Source: Chrysomallon squamiferum (taxonomy: Eukaryota > Animalia > Mollusca). From it: 64,000 bases of DNA. The notes below the pieces were generated by a model that saw only the letters and a list, made by a program, of their open reading frames with translations, ran no database searches and was not told the DNA's origin. The DNA lies in NCBI GenBank assembly GCA_012295275.1, contig CM022669.1:1302001-1366000 (forward strand), in the 5' to 3' direction. The position numbers and the translations under genes are program-made. Positions 14,643 through 29,892 of this stretch are shown here, piece by piece; within the stretch, counting starts at the first letter, position 1; each line of letters opens with the position of its first letter.

Positions 14643-16022
14643 CATAATAATAATAATAATAATAAAAGAAAAAACAGAAAACAAAGTTTATATATTGCAG
14701 TTAACTTGATGTCCACTATTGTCAGTCATGTTTTGTTGAGTCGTATCTAAAATATCGTTACTTTTAAAACGGTTAATTAAAAATAAACTGAAGGAAAAAC
14801 AAAAGAAAGAAACTAAAAGGTAACGCTACCTTTTTCTTAAATATAAATTGATGATCGATGATAAGTACAGTCAAAAATAACTAAGCACCGGTATAAGGCA
14901 GACTGAAATTTCTTCATTTCTCAAATTACGGCATTCAGAAATTTAAGCCAGGGGAAAAAGAAAAAAAGAAGAAGAAGAACAACAACAACAACAATAAATA
15001 AATAAATAAATAAAATAATATAATTACTTGCAAGAGTAAAGAATATTTTTTAGACTTTTATTAGCAAAGCTGTAGACACACATTAACTTTGTATCAGCGG
15101 TTCGACCTTTACGTCTGTCAGTCTACATGCGACGACTTAACCGTAGTCTGGTGTCGTATCGAACTGCAGAGTCGAGCTTAAATCCATACACAGTCCTTTC
15201 CATTAGTGTATGACACGGATGTGAAGCGACTGTGTAAGACTTGGCGTTAGTGAAACTACTTAACGACTTGATTAGGGGGAGATCTGTTTGGCTCGGCGAC
15301 ACAGGGCGAGTGTAGGGAGTCGCTAATGAGCCGAGCACCGTGTCGCTCTGAAGAACGATTGATTATCGTATTAAGCGTGTTTGTTCGCCAAATTAACTAT
15401 AGTGCAGTGGGTTTTCAATGCACTGGATTATTAATCAGTAAATACCGTATTATAGAGCAGACGAGCAAATATAAATAATAATGTGGTGATGGTGGCTGTG
15501 GTGGGGACGTGGTTGTGTGATGGTTGTGTTAACAGTAGGGTTAGTGGTTGCTGCTGCGGATTGTACTCTCAAAGCGCTTGAAACTTCGGAAAACGAAAAA
15601 AACAAACAAAAAAACCCCGAAAAGATAATGTTATAGAGAAATAAATATTTGTTTATAATAATAATAACAACAACAACCTACTTGAAAACTACTGAACTCG
15701 TAAGCTGCCTGTAAATATCATGTGTAAAGAGAAACTGTTATAATTAGAACTGCTGTTTGCTGATCTGTCATACTTTTATTACATTATCTGAAGTTGAGAC
15801 TAAACTGAATATATATATAAATATATCTATATCTATATATATATATATATGTTTTCATCTCGGCTTACAGCCAGCCTAGTTCTCAAATCACAAATTCTGT
15901 AAAATTATCGAGAATAACTCGAAATCAAAGGTTACTTACTAATTAACTTAATAAATATTAGTGCTAAATTTAAATAATAATATTTTACATCTTTATTTAT
16001 TTATTTACTTACTTACTTATTA

Positions 16023-16081
<59 letters not shown>

Positions 16082-16792
16082 CGTTGTTGTTACTGGTGTT
16101 ACTGATATTGCTGCTGATGTTGTTTAATATAATTTATTTAATTATTTTGAAGACCCAAGAAAACAACATTTATTAAAAATTACTTCGATTTCAACTTGCA
16201 TCAGCTTTATATGACACTGATAAATGTTAGAATATTGATAACAAAACCAGCTACAAGAGAACAGCAGTGAACAAAATGATGGCGACAGAACAAATAAAAC
16301 CAAGTATGACGTCATCGCTGGTTTGAAATCGTAAACCTCTTAGCAACACACTGAAATCATCGGCCAAAAAACAACAAATAATAAATAAATACATTAATAA
16401 GTAAATCCATTGGAATATATTTAGGAACTAATATAGCATTGATATTAAAATAAATACCAACACATGATATTCTAAGTGTACACCCCCATCTCTTAACAAA
16501 AATGAAAGAAAAATAAATTTGTCCAAAAATACCACACACTCAAAATAATATCTGTTTTATTAGCCAAAGTTAATTATCCGCTATACCGAGTGACCGCCTA
16601 ATACACTTAAACTGTTTATTCTGTTAACTTAGAGTTATCTTTTCTTTACCCTTTTAGCACTATTACTTAGTGCATTGTATTCGTTTCTTTATTGTTTTCT
16701 TTCTGTTATTTTACTTTCAAAAATGATATTTTACCCCTCTAATTTAATATCATCTTTTATAATAATAAAAATAAAAATAATAATAATAATAA

Positions 16793-16823
<31 letters not shown>

Positions 16824-17413
16824 AAGAAGAAGAAGAAAAAAAAACCTTGAAAGTCAATGTTCGAGTGTAGGTCTATGAAATGACTACGAAAATAAACAGA
16901 GAAACAAAGATGATGATGACTTGATGATGATAATAAGAATAAGAAAAACAACGACAATAAGAAAACAAACATAAAGAACAAGAACAACAAAATCAACAGT
17001 AACATTAATAATACTAATACGAAGAAGAAGAAGAAGAAGAAGACACTGTGTGTGCGTGTGTGTCACTGTGTGTGTGCGTGTGTGTGTCACTGTGTGTGTG
17101 CGTGTGTGTCACTGTGTGTAGTTTACTCCTTTTTATCCTTCATTTTGTTCTTTCTTGCATCACGACTGAAATCTAAACGAAAAAATATATTATTTCAACC
17201 AAATGTGTTTGGAAATTCAACCGCGTTTTACCCCTTACCACAGAAAGGCCTTAAGAACTAAATAGATTGACCGCAAAGCACGAGATATACTCACACAAAT
17301 CTCTAATCAATTTTACTATTTCGTTGTGTTCTGGATCCTATCTTCTTTTACTCATCAATAGGTCTGATGACGTCACAGAAGAATCTTCAAAACTGCAGTG
17401 ATCAAATTAAATA

Positions 17414-17643
<230 letters not shown>

Positions 17644-17937
17644 AAGAAAAAATAATTAGTTTTGATGTGAAATGTATATTTTTGGTTTTATGTGAAAGAG
17701 CAGCTCGTTATGAATAGGTTTAATCAATAATTACACTTACCCGTTTTCACCACATACCTATTTCTGTTTTTTTCAGAATCGGGTTAAACATGACTGTGCT
17801 ACTGATGACGTCAGGGAAGACGCCTCCGTAGCTAAAAGTAGATTATCAGAGGAAAAAGAAATGCGTGCAGAGACATTTAAAATAACTTAATGGAAGCAGA
17901 AATGTCGTTTAGTAGAGAAATGTGATAGAGAAACCAG

Positions 17938-18196
17938 TGTACATACACACATACACACCCATACACATATACACACGTACATACACATATACATACATAT
18001 ATACTTATACAGATATACACACATACATACATACATATATACATTCATTTATTCATTCATACACACATACATACATACACACACACATACATACATACAC
18101 ATATACATACATACACACACATACACACACACATATATACATACATACATACATGCATACATTCATTTATTAATTCATACACACACACAGAGAGAT

Positions 18197-18227
<31 letters not shown>

Positions 18228-18230
18228 CAC
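17938..18230. repeat. (CA/TACA)n and (GACA)n low-complexity tract
   Basis: Degenerate CATA/CACA repeats followed by GACA tetranucleotides. Confidence 0.9.
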
Positions 18231-18643
18231 AAGTAGACAGTTGGTATCCATCTATCTTCAGGACACTCATAGAAAAACTTAATCTTTACAAATCAGTGAT
18301 TGAACTGATGGGATGTTTCCGCCTTATTTCCTTTTTATTACGTTGTTATTTTGCTTTTAGAACACGATGCGCCAACACACATCCGTCAAGGAAACATCAC
18401 CATAGCCAGATATACATTTACGTGTAAAACAGATCATTACTACTTTGAGATACGCATTTTCTTTGGGTTTTTTAATCTAAGTTGTGTAAGAACTGTTTCT
18501 TTATTACTTTCTGTGCATTCACACTTACCCATCTCTGTCACGATTATTCTGTAGTTACGTATTATTATCACCATCGTTGTCATCATCGTCATTATCATCA
18601 TTATTATTATCATTATGTTCATTATCATCATCACATCATCATC

Positions 18644-18727
<84 letters not shown>

Positions 18728-19347
18728 GCTGCTGCTGTTATTGTAGGATATTTTTACTTAATTAATTGTTATATACAAGGACAACTCTGGACGGACAGAT
18801 CGTAGATACGTACTGTATGTTACGACAGACGTAACCTGAGACTTTATTATTACGTTTTGTCACAACGAAACTGCAATGTCACGTTTTTATAACACTTTGT
18901 GACAACGTAATTAAAAACCACACTTCTACGTAATTTTTACGCTCTCTGTATAACACTGTATTTATATAAAATTATTTATCTTAGTTATAAATATTAGTAA
19001 ATACAAACACAGCAATATAAAATATGTACATACAGGTAAACAACAAGATTTGTATTTTTTAAAATATTTATTGTTAAATCACAAACTTCAGACTAACAGT
19101 GAAATAAAAGCTGGTGTTTTATCATGTCAGTGCACTTGTACTTATTACAACGTGTCCAGCTGCTGATAATAGATGAAGCGGCAACATAATTATTTACTCA
19201 CGCCCTGATAAAATGTTAACGCCATTTTGTTCTAAATTTGTCACTGCCGTCACAGGCACCTAGCCACGTTTGTGTGAACACACACAAGGTGTGCAGGTTG
19301 AAAAGCGTATCGAACCAAGACAACAATGTTAATTACAATTTTCACGC

Positions 19348-20549
19348 CAGGCTGAATACCGTTATACAGGTTGGATATAATTATACAGGTTGAATACCGT
19401 TATACAGGTTGAATATAGTTTTACAGGTTGAATATAGTTATACAGGTTGAATATAGTTCTACAGGTTGAATATAGTTCTACAGGTTGAATATAATTATAC
19501 AGGTTGATATAGTTATACAGGTTGAATAGAGTTATACAGGTTGAATACCGTAATAAAGGTTGATATAGTTATACAGGTTGAATATAATTATACAGGTTGA
19601 ATACCATTATACAGGTTGAATATAGTTATACAGGCTGAATATAGTTATACAGGTTGAATACCGTTATACAGGATGAATATAGTTATACAGGTTGAATAGA
19701 GTTATAGAGGTTGAATACCATTATACAGGCTGAATACATTTATACAGGCTGAATACAGTTACACAGGCTGAATACAGTTATACAGGCTGAATACAGTTAT
19801 ACAGGCTGAATACAGTTATACAGGAAAATACAGTTATACAGGCAAATACAGTTATACAGGCTGAATACAGTTATACAGGCTGAATACAATTATACAGGCT
19901 GAATACAGTTATACAGGCTGAATACAGTTATACAGGCTGAATACAGTTATACAGGCTGAATACAGTTATACAGGCTGAATACAGTTATACAGGCTGAATA
20001 CAGTTATACAGGCTGAATACAGTTATACAGGCTGAATACAGTTATACAGGCTGAATACAGGCAGGCTGAATACAGTTATACAGGCTGAATACAGTTATAC
20101 AGGCTGAATATACAGTTACAGTTGAATACATACAGGGCTGAATACAATTATACAGTTAGGCTGAATACAATACAGGCTGAATACATTATACAGGCTGAAT
20201 ACAGTTATACAGTTGAATATAGGCTGAATACAGTTACACAGGCTGAATACAGTTATACAGGCTGAATACAGTTATACAGGCTGAATACAGTTACACAGGC
20301 TGAATACAGTTACACAGGCTGAATACAGGCTGAATACAGTTACACAGGCTGAATACAGGCTGAATACAGTTATACAGGCTGAATACAGTTATAATACAGT
20401 TATAGGGCTGAATACAGTTATACAGGCTGAATACAGTTATGCAGGCTGAATACAGTTATACAGGCTGAATACAGTTACACAGGCTGAATACAGTTATGCA
20501 GGCTGAATACAGTTATACAGGCTGAATACAGTTATACAGGCTGAATACC
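19348..20549. repeat. 19-bp minisatellite (~60 copies)
   Basis: Consensus CAGGCTGAATACAGTTATA in the 3' part and CAGGTTGAATATAGTTATA in the 5' part. Confidence 0.96.
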
Positions 20550-20690
20550 ATTTTGCCGGGCTGGGGTGGATTAGGAATAATTTTTTTGTTTTTCTTTGTT
20601 TGTTTATTTGTGGTTATTTTTTTCTTGTTTATTTTCTTTTTTTTTTTTTTTTTTTTTTTTTTTCTGAATACAGTTGTTCCATTTTCTTTT

Positions 20691-20728
<38 letters not shown>

Positions 20729-21639
20729 TTATTCCTGACTATATGAAAGATAAACATACTTACTGTATTTGCTGATTATTAAAGTGAATGTGGAATTCCG
20801 TATTCTTCATATCCAATTATAATGAATTAACATATTAGCATATTAACTCTGATAAAAAGTCGATACCCCAGGCTCACGGAGCAGTATGTTTTAGTTTTGT
20901 TTTTCTGTAACGCAATATTAGCAATGTTTGTACTACAAACGTAATTATTATTTTCTCTGCAACTATACAACTAATCCTACCAATACTTTACTATTACTAC
21001 TACATCTACTACAGTTACTACTAATACTAGTACAGTTACTGTTACCACTTTTCTTTATCTTTGTTTCTTTTTTTCTTTTTTTTCTTCATATTTATTTTTT
21101 AACATATTAACATATTAACTCTGATAAAACGTCGATACCCCAGGCTCCTAGTGTAAAACAATATAATTTTCACGTATCTACTTGTTGATATGAAGTAGGA
21201 GATGTAAGAACTTATAGGTACCTTTTTTTTAAAATGAGGATCGTTCTAACGAAATCTGAGAAAAAAAAGTAAATAAAACATCACCTCTGGTCTGTCTGAG
21301 CAAAACAGAAATTCTTTTATGAATGTCTGACTATGTCTGGATGTTCAGCAGATATAGTTTTATTTTTTTTTGTTATTATTATTATTATTATTTTTCCCCC
21401 TCTGGCTTTCCTCTTGTTCAGCAATTTTAGTTCCATTGTGATGGACTGGTGTCAGTATCACTTAGAACAAAGATGCGTAATGGAAATAAAGAAGCGGTTT
21501 ATTTTTCGTAATTTTGTTTAATTTTTTTTTTATTTTACATTATTATTATTTTATTTTTTTTCCTTTTCACTTTTGTCTATCATTATTTTTTTTTAGCAGG
21601 CCATCGCTTAATGCATATACATACAGTTAAAATAAAATG

Positions 21640-21703
<64 letters not shown>

Positions 21704-22368
21704 GAGATATGTAAACAAGGAATCGATGAAGATAAAAACATGTATTTTGTATCCTGTAACAAAACAATGCTGCTGCTGCTGCTGCTGGAAACAGAAGAAG
21801 TACCAACAAGATGAACCACAATAAGAGTTGGGAAGAAGACTATTTAATGTATAAAACAAGAGATATTTCCGTTTGTTAAAAGCGAAACCCCTGTTCATGA
21901 TAAAGTGAGAAATATTTTATTTATTTAAAATGTGATTGGCTGACAGAGTCAGTTGGGTCAGTCACGTGACAGGATACACGGTTTATGAATAAACACTGTC
22001 ATCAAGAGAGTATAGTAATTTTAGCCGACATCTGTTTCTTTGTCTTTTTTTTTGTTTGTCTTCACCCTCCACCAGTATGACCCCTTTCCCCTTTATCTTC
22101 TTCTTCTTTTCTCTTATTATTATTATTATTATTATTATTTTTATTATTTTTATTATTGTTATTATTGTTATTTTCAAGACGCCGGTCACTGAAGTTTAAC
22201 GTATTTGTATGTGACAGCCTGCAGCCTTGATCAGGTCAGCTTCTCCCCCACTAATGATCTTCCTGCACGTCGTGAACGAGACACTTCCCAGCATTCACCG
22301 CAGTTGTTCTGAAATACCGAAACTGATCACGTGGTTCTGTGGAACAGGTGTAATGTTTAAAAATGAGC

Positions 22369-22414
<46 letters not shown>

Positions 22415-22504
22415 AAAAATTAGTAGGCGTCACGGTGTTAGTAGTTGTAAACTGATAAAACAAATATAGCTAGAGATGCAGATTAATCTTTCCAATAAAT
22501 TATT

Positions 22505-22556
<52 letters not shown>

Positions 22557-23617
22557 CAACAATAATAATAACAATATATAAATTTAGCACAGTCAACAGT
22601 TTACGTAGTTTTGTCTATTTTTAAACGCAGCGATGTGTGAAGTGTGCAAGATATCCGCGCTGTCTGATTACGATTAAGTCGTTCGGAACACTTCGTCCAA
22701 ATTCCGAAGTATTCGGAAACACTCAAGCGATGACACTCGTAAAACTCTCCCGAGTAGAAAAGATTTCCGGATTTGTTTCCAATTAGTCAAAGCGTTACTG
22801 AGCGTGTGACTGACTGAAAATTTATTGTGTTGTATTGTATTTTGAATTATCAACATACATACATTAAAACCAACCAAACTAATTTCTTTATCAATTTGCC
22901 ACACATGCATGGACATAAGCACACAACTTAATATTTCACTCATTCTAATAAGTGAGAATCTTAACTTCAAGTGTTATAGAATGTAAACAACAATATATTA
23001 TACACTTTTACTGTTTAAAATGGCGCGAAAAGAGTAACAAATGGGCCAGTTCCCGTTTTAAAGCGGTTGAATAAGCGCACCAATTCATATTCCCCACACA
23101 AAGAGTAATTTTAAAAAGAACGGAGAAAGAAAGAAAAAGTAAAAAACATCTGTGTTTTCTCCAGCGCTCATTCGTCAGATCTGTGAAAGCAGCAAACAAC
23201 AGCGCTCACGTGGTCGCTGTGAATGGGAGATTTCACGGGTGACGGCGCTGTCCGGACAACCACGTGTCAGACGACAGGCACGAGACATCGTGCTTTTTCA
23301 AAAAGAGAGAAAAAAAATGTAAGCGCGTGCCGGCAGGCATGTCTATTATCATTACTGCTGTTCTATTCACTGATACATTTTATTATTATTATTATTTTAC
23401 TTTTTTTTTCGGTTTTGTTCGCTTCTTTTCGGTAGGCATGTGGCCCGCTGAACGCGGCTCGTGCAGTGAAATCTTTTCACGACTGACAGATGTTCAGTGA
23501 GCCTTTAATCGGAATTCGTTTCCGAGCAGGTGGCAGACGACAAAGGCAACAGACGAACTGAGCAAGATGGCTATTGTTGATAACCAAAAGTGGCGGGAAA
23601 TTCCGTTACTTTGTCTG

Positions 23618-23672
<55 letters not shown>

Positions 23673-23923
23673 CAGAAGTAGTATAACTAGCAGTATTAAC
23701 AGTAGCAGTAGTAATACGTAATATTCATTTGACTCAGAGAATACGAATATTACATCAAATTTAAAAATGTAACAACGGTATAAAAACTGTGATGTACACA
23801 AAATGTACCTAAAGAAAAAGAAAACAATTATGTAGATCAGTAATACAGTATTCCGTTATTACTATTACTACTGACAGTCAGTAGCATCCATATCACCAAC
23901 TAGTAAATACAACTGCTTCCTTA

Positions 23924-23973
<50 letters not shown>

Positions 23974-24955
23974 GTTATTATTATTATTATTATTATATGA
24001 ATGATAAAAGGTAATTTCACTAATGTTTTCGCTTGTTGCCAGTTAACGCATATTTTAGATTGGTATCGTTGTTCTAGTAAATTAAATTTCGCGCTGGGAA
24101 ATAACCATATGGCTTCCGTGAATGCAGACGTCAACCAGAGTTTTGGCGGGAAAGTTGCCACCTGAAAGTATTTTCGATATCAATATATTTTAATTTTTGT
24201 TTTGTTTGTTCAGTCGATTGTCACCAAATCTGATATTTAAATATGATTGCGGAAAACGTCTTATATATCACCATAATCGTTATCATTATCATCAATATCA
24301 TATGATTTATAAAAATAACGTAATAGGTGGTATGTGTCAAAGAGAAGGTTCAGACATACATTTAGTTGTTGATAACAAATAATAAGTAAGCCAGTAAGTA
24401 AATAAATAAATAGATTCATTAAAAATAAATAAATAATTTTCATTAAAAATAAAGAAAAATAATAAGGAAAGAGAGAATAAATTGGACATTTCATGTTAAT
24501 AGTATGTTGTTTTGTGTGTGTTTTTTTCACTGTCGTAAAATTTAAAATATTAAATAGAAAGTTTCTTCCTCAGTAACAGCTATATCTCAGTCTGACTTTA
24601 ATTTGATATAACACAAATTGAGCTTTGGTTTGATCGGTAATAAAGCAGTGTTGGAGATCGATATTTTGCTTCGGTCGAGCCTATTAAAACACGATGTTAC
24701 ATTGCGGCGTTATGAAGGCAATGACTGTAGAGCTAGTGGGATAATAAACTGTTTTATTGTGTTGATTAGTAATGTAATAATTATCAACACTATCGGATGT
24801 AAATATGAGCGAAGTTAGATGTACAGACATTTACTTGGCGAATTCCACAGTTTGACTGATTTCAGTCTGCAAGGTTACCTGTCACTCGATATCGCGCCGC
24901 GCTGTTAAAGGGGTTTTCATATTGTGTCATTTTAGATGATCAATTTAAAAAAATA

Positions 24956-24998
<43 letters not shown>

Positions 24999-25003
24999 TA
25001 TTT

Positions 25004-25035
<32 letters not shown>

Positions 25036-25063
25036 GTTATTTATATTGTAATTTATATTTATT

Positions 25064-25138
<75 letters not shown>

Positions 25139-25377
25139 CCTCCCTCCCTCTCCCTCCCTCCCTCTTTGTGTCAAGTATCTAAACGATGGTCACTAACAGT
25201 CGCACAGTGTGATTTCGACTTTATTATTAATCAATACGCAGACTCGTGTCGCGCCAGGCGTGTTTTTCAGTTCAGACAAAAACCGCGCCAGACGCCATTA
25301 CAATTAAATTAACGTATAACCATTATCCTTTCATCCTTCTTTTATTTATTTAGTTTTTTATTTATTTATTTATTTAA

Positions 25378-25472
<95 letters not shown>

Positions 25473-25858
25473 CATCATCATTATTATTTTTATTTTTATT
25501 ATTATTTCTTTTAATTAATATTTTTATTATTATTTCATAGTTGTCAACATGAGAAAATCGAGTAAATAATTTTCCATTTGCGACATGAGACAGAAAAAGG
25601 TGAAATCACACGCATGCGTAGACGCGCAAACAGCAACAAAAGGCAGTTATTTATTTAAGCGCTGTATGAATCAGAGATGTGAAACAAACAGAAAACAGAG
25701 ATTTTTCTCTTCACTGCAAACTCGAATAAACAAAAGTAAATTGATATGTGCATGCAATATCTTGTTTTACAAATGTCTCCATTCAGGTTGATTTAGTGCG
25801 AAACACAGAGCAAAATCATTTGATGTAGAAATTAAGTTCTGTGTTATTTATATTATAC

Positions 25859-25992
<134 letters not shown>

Positions 25993-28139
25993 CATACACA
26001 CGTAAAAGTTATTTTCTATAAATTCCGCCAAACTGCTTGATGAAATTTTACACCAAAAAATAAAATAAACGGAAAAAGAATTGTGCGTTTTGAATAGCAA
26101 GAAAACAGGAGCCAGGTGGTGTCCCAGGAGAAACCGGTTTTAATTATCAGTTTGAGAATAATAACACTTCTGTTCCGTCCCGCTCGCTTGTAGAAGATCA
26201 CGTGACTCTGTCATTACAGATATCTCGGTTATTAAAATGTTTCCAGCTTTAGGGAAAGATAGAAAAGGAAACAAGTAAATAATGAACGAATGAATTAAAA
26301 AACAGGACAATTATTTCTGATACGTTTTTATTTCAAAACTAATAATACACGTCCTGTTTGTTTAATTTCACAGAATGACTATAACTGCAGTCTAAGGTTT
26401 TGATGCTATCATCTGTGAGGTGAAAATACTGAAGCTGAAAGTGTTAAATGATAACTCTGTGTAAAGGTGTTTGTTTGAATTCAGTAAGTGTTCTTTACTT
26501 TATTATGACAGATGAAATGAAAGTGGAACGAGTAACTGTTATTACGACTAGAAAAGAAACCAGTCAGAATTACATCAAACAATGACTGAGTTCTCTGACG
26601 TAAGCAGTCGATCATAAACCTGATGCAGTGTTACCAGCGATGTGTGGTCACTGACTGGGATGATCAGCTGATCACTAACTCTCTAACACGCTGACACGCT
26701 AACTCTGTAAAACGTTAACATGCTAACTCTGTAACTCTCTAACACGCTAACACTGTGTATGGGCAGACTCACCTTTCTAACCTCTGCTGATAACTACTAC
26801 ACACTACACTGTTATTTAATACAACAACAAACAACACTTTTCTAACACACTGACAGCTACTAACAGCTACCATTTACTACTATTATTTAAAACAACAACT
26901 ACAACATCTTGTTACAGTACTTTCCAGTTCTGTGACAACAAAACAAGTGTCCAACTTGTCTGTATTTCAGTCTGTGACAGTGTTAAAGAATTTCAAACTG
27001 TCATGTTAAATGTAAGCTGCTATTAAAATGTACAAAGTATATGACATAAACACTGACTGACTCAGAGGTTACAATAACAACTTGGTTCATGAAATCATTC
27101 TTTAAACCAACCCCAAAATCTTAACAGCAAGCTCTAAATACGTGTGTGTGTGTGTGCGTGCGTGTATGTGCGTATGTGTTTGTGTGTGTGCGTGTGTGCC
27201 TGTGTGTGTGTATGTGTGTGTCAAATTTAATACATATGACATTTTAATAATAATATTAACAGCCACGATTAGAAATCGATCCACAGTTGTTAGTTTCGAT
27301 TCTGAATGTATTAACTTGCTTTCAGTATGCGTAGCAAATTCATAAATGTCAGGAACAGAAATTCATTTTTGCACTTACCTTTTACTGGTTTTGACACAAA
27401 AGGCCATTATTGGTTACTGTGATTACGTCACATCCAAACTATTGGTGACGTCAAAATGTAACCTTTGACCTTAATCAGTTTTGTAAGCAATTTCTTGTAT
27501 ATAAATTTTGTTTGAATAATATTTAAGATGAAATGTTCTGGATATATAACAGGTAAAACGATTATTTATTTATTTGTGAAAAACTTACACTTGTATATGA
27601 AGAAAAATAATAAAGGATGATTCGTGGGCATGTTTTCATGTCGATATTATAAGCCTGAAGTATAGAGAGACGTCAAACAGCTAGCCATAGTGAATTCAGA
27701 AATAAAAACCAAATCCATGAGCTAAAATAAACGTTAATTCTCTTCTTTCTCCTTTTCTAAAAAAAAATAAAATAAAATAAATCAACTTTGTCGCTCTGTG
27801 TTATGTAAATAAATAATGATAGTTATAATGAATGTACGATTTCACAAGATTAACTCCGATATGGAAATATTTTGACATTTTGCCTTAATTTTTAAACATT
27901 CACAGGGAACATTTATTGAATCAACAACTAATTTCAGCGATGCTATATTAACTTGTATGTGATGTTGTTAACGTCCCCGCACACTGCACTGAGCTCATCT
28001 TGCTATCATCTGGCGACTGAAACTCGCTGATGAAGTGATGAACACGTGAACAGTTTCAGCTGAAAACACAGACAGATCCCCCCCACCTGTCCGTGTCAGT
28101 CAGATGTCCGTCTGAACATGTGTGTGTTATTTATTTTAT

Positions 28140-28323
28140 ATACACATACGTATACATACGTACACACATACATACATACATACATACATACATACATACA
28201 TACATACATACATACACACACACATATATACATACATACATACTAACATACATACATATACACACATACACATATATATATACATACATACATACGTACA
28301 TACGTACACACACACACACACAC

Positions 28324-28362
<39 letters not shown>

Positions 28363-28385
28363 CATACATATATATAGATATATAT
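28140..28385. repeat. (TACA)n/(CA)n low-complexity tract
   Basis: Degenerate CATA/CACA repeats. Confidence 0.9.
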
Positions 28386-28850
28386 GAGCGATGTGTGTCT
28401 GTGCTAGTTTAATGAGTTGCGTGAGGAATTCACTAATTACGTGTTTGTATATCTCGCCGTCTGTCAAATTAACATTCCACTCAAATGTGTATCCTGGGCT
28501 GCAGATCGATGTCGTACTACTCCGATATGAAATCGGGTTAAGTGAAAGTATGGAGCAGGTCTATTTATATTACATGTTGTTTTCACTGACCCTCATTTCA
28601 TTCCGTGACCTTTAATTATGTTATATATGTCACATACCTTATTTCTTCTCAAAGTTTATAAACAGTATGTATATATATAGTGTACGTACATTAGTATGTT
28701 TGCATGTATGTGTGTTTGCATTAATGTGTATATACTTATATCTATGTATTTTGGGTACATATGTGTCTCTGTATATATATAAATAAGTATTTTATGATTA
28801 TGTATGTATGTGTGTATGTATGTATGTTTGTATAAATATATGTATATATG

Positions 28851-29008
<158 letters not shown>

Positions 29009-29892
29009 AATAACTATTTTTTAAATTATTTTTCCTCCTCATCGTCATTATCATAATCGTCATCATCATTGTCATCGTAGTCGTCGTTTATTACTTGTGG
29101 GGTTTTTTTTGTTTTCCTTTTGCTAGAAAACCAGTTTGTTGTTTTAACTAATTACTCATGAGTAGGACATACAACAGCACAGATAAGAAGTGAGCATAAG
29201 GATAATTACTTTAAACATCTGATTGTGGACTACAAAACGTGTAAATACAGCTGTTTTAAACGTGTTACAATAACCTCTGGCAGTGTAAGTTATTGTGAAG
29301 TTAGGCTAAACTGTAGTAATACTGTACGTTAGTAATATGTCGTCAAGGTAAATATTTCTTGTTCGTTAATTCGATTTCATTTATTATTATTATTATTATA
29401 ATTATTATTATTATTTATTTTTTCATGCACACAGATAAAGAAGATGTGAATTGTATCCGTTTTTACGTTGTTTCTAAATAATCAGAGCTTTTCTTCAACG
29501 TTTTATTTTTATCCACTCGGTAATTATAGAACACTGTTTTCAATTTTAACACTACCAGTCAGTAACTTGTCTTTTAGATACAGCTGAATACGTTATGTTG
29601 AAAGCTTATCATTAATAAGTCATACTCCAGTATTCCAGCTCCAGTGTAATCACCGTTTTTTCTTGGTTCAGACCATGCAAAGCTACTTGATACTTTCAAT
29701 ACGTGTAATGATTAGCCTTATTTATAATTTATTCTTTCCATTATTCATGATGAGTTTAATCTAGGTCGATATTATCATCTTCGATGAATAAAATAAATAC
29801 GTAAATACCAGCATCATAAATAATTTAGAAATGATTATAATGAATGTGTACACTGGTTTGTAAAGCCTGTATCATAAGAGGTATAATCAGTA

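Noticed and set aside
17802-17830. CTGATGA followed by a CGTC/GACG stem (hammerhead-like core)
   Set aside because: No GAAA after stem II and no stems I/III; other CTGATGA hits (2778, 17364, 28028, 40364) also fail.
22682-22726. TTCGGAA/TTCCGAA short inverted repeats
   Set aside because: Only 7-bp stems, with no terminal inverted repeats or target duplication defining a MITE.
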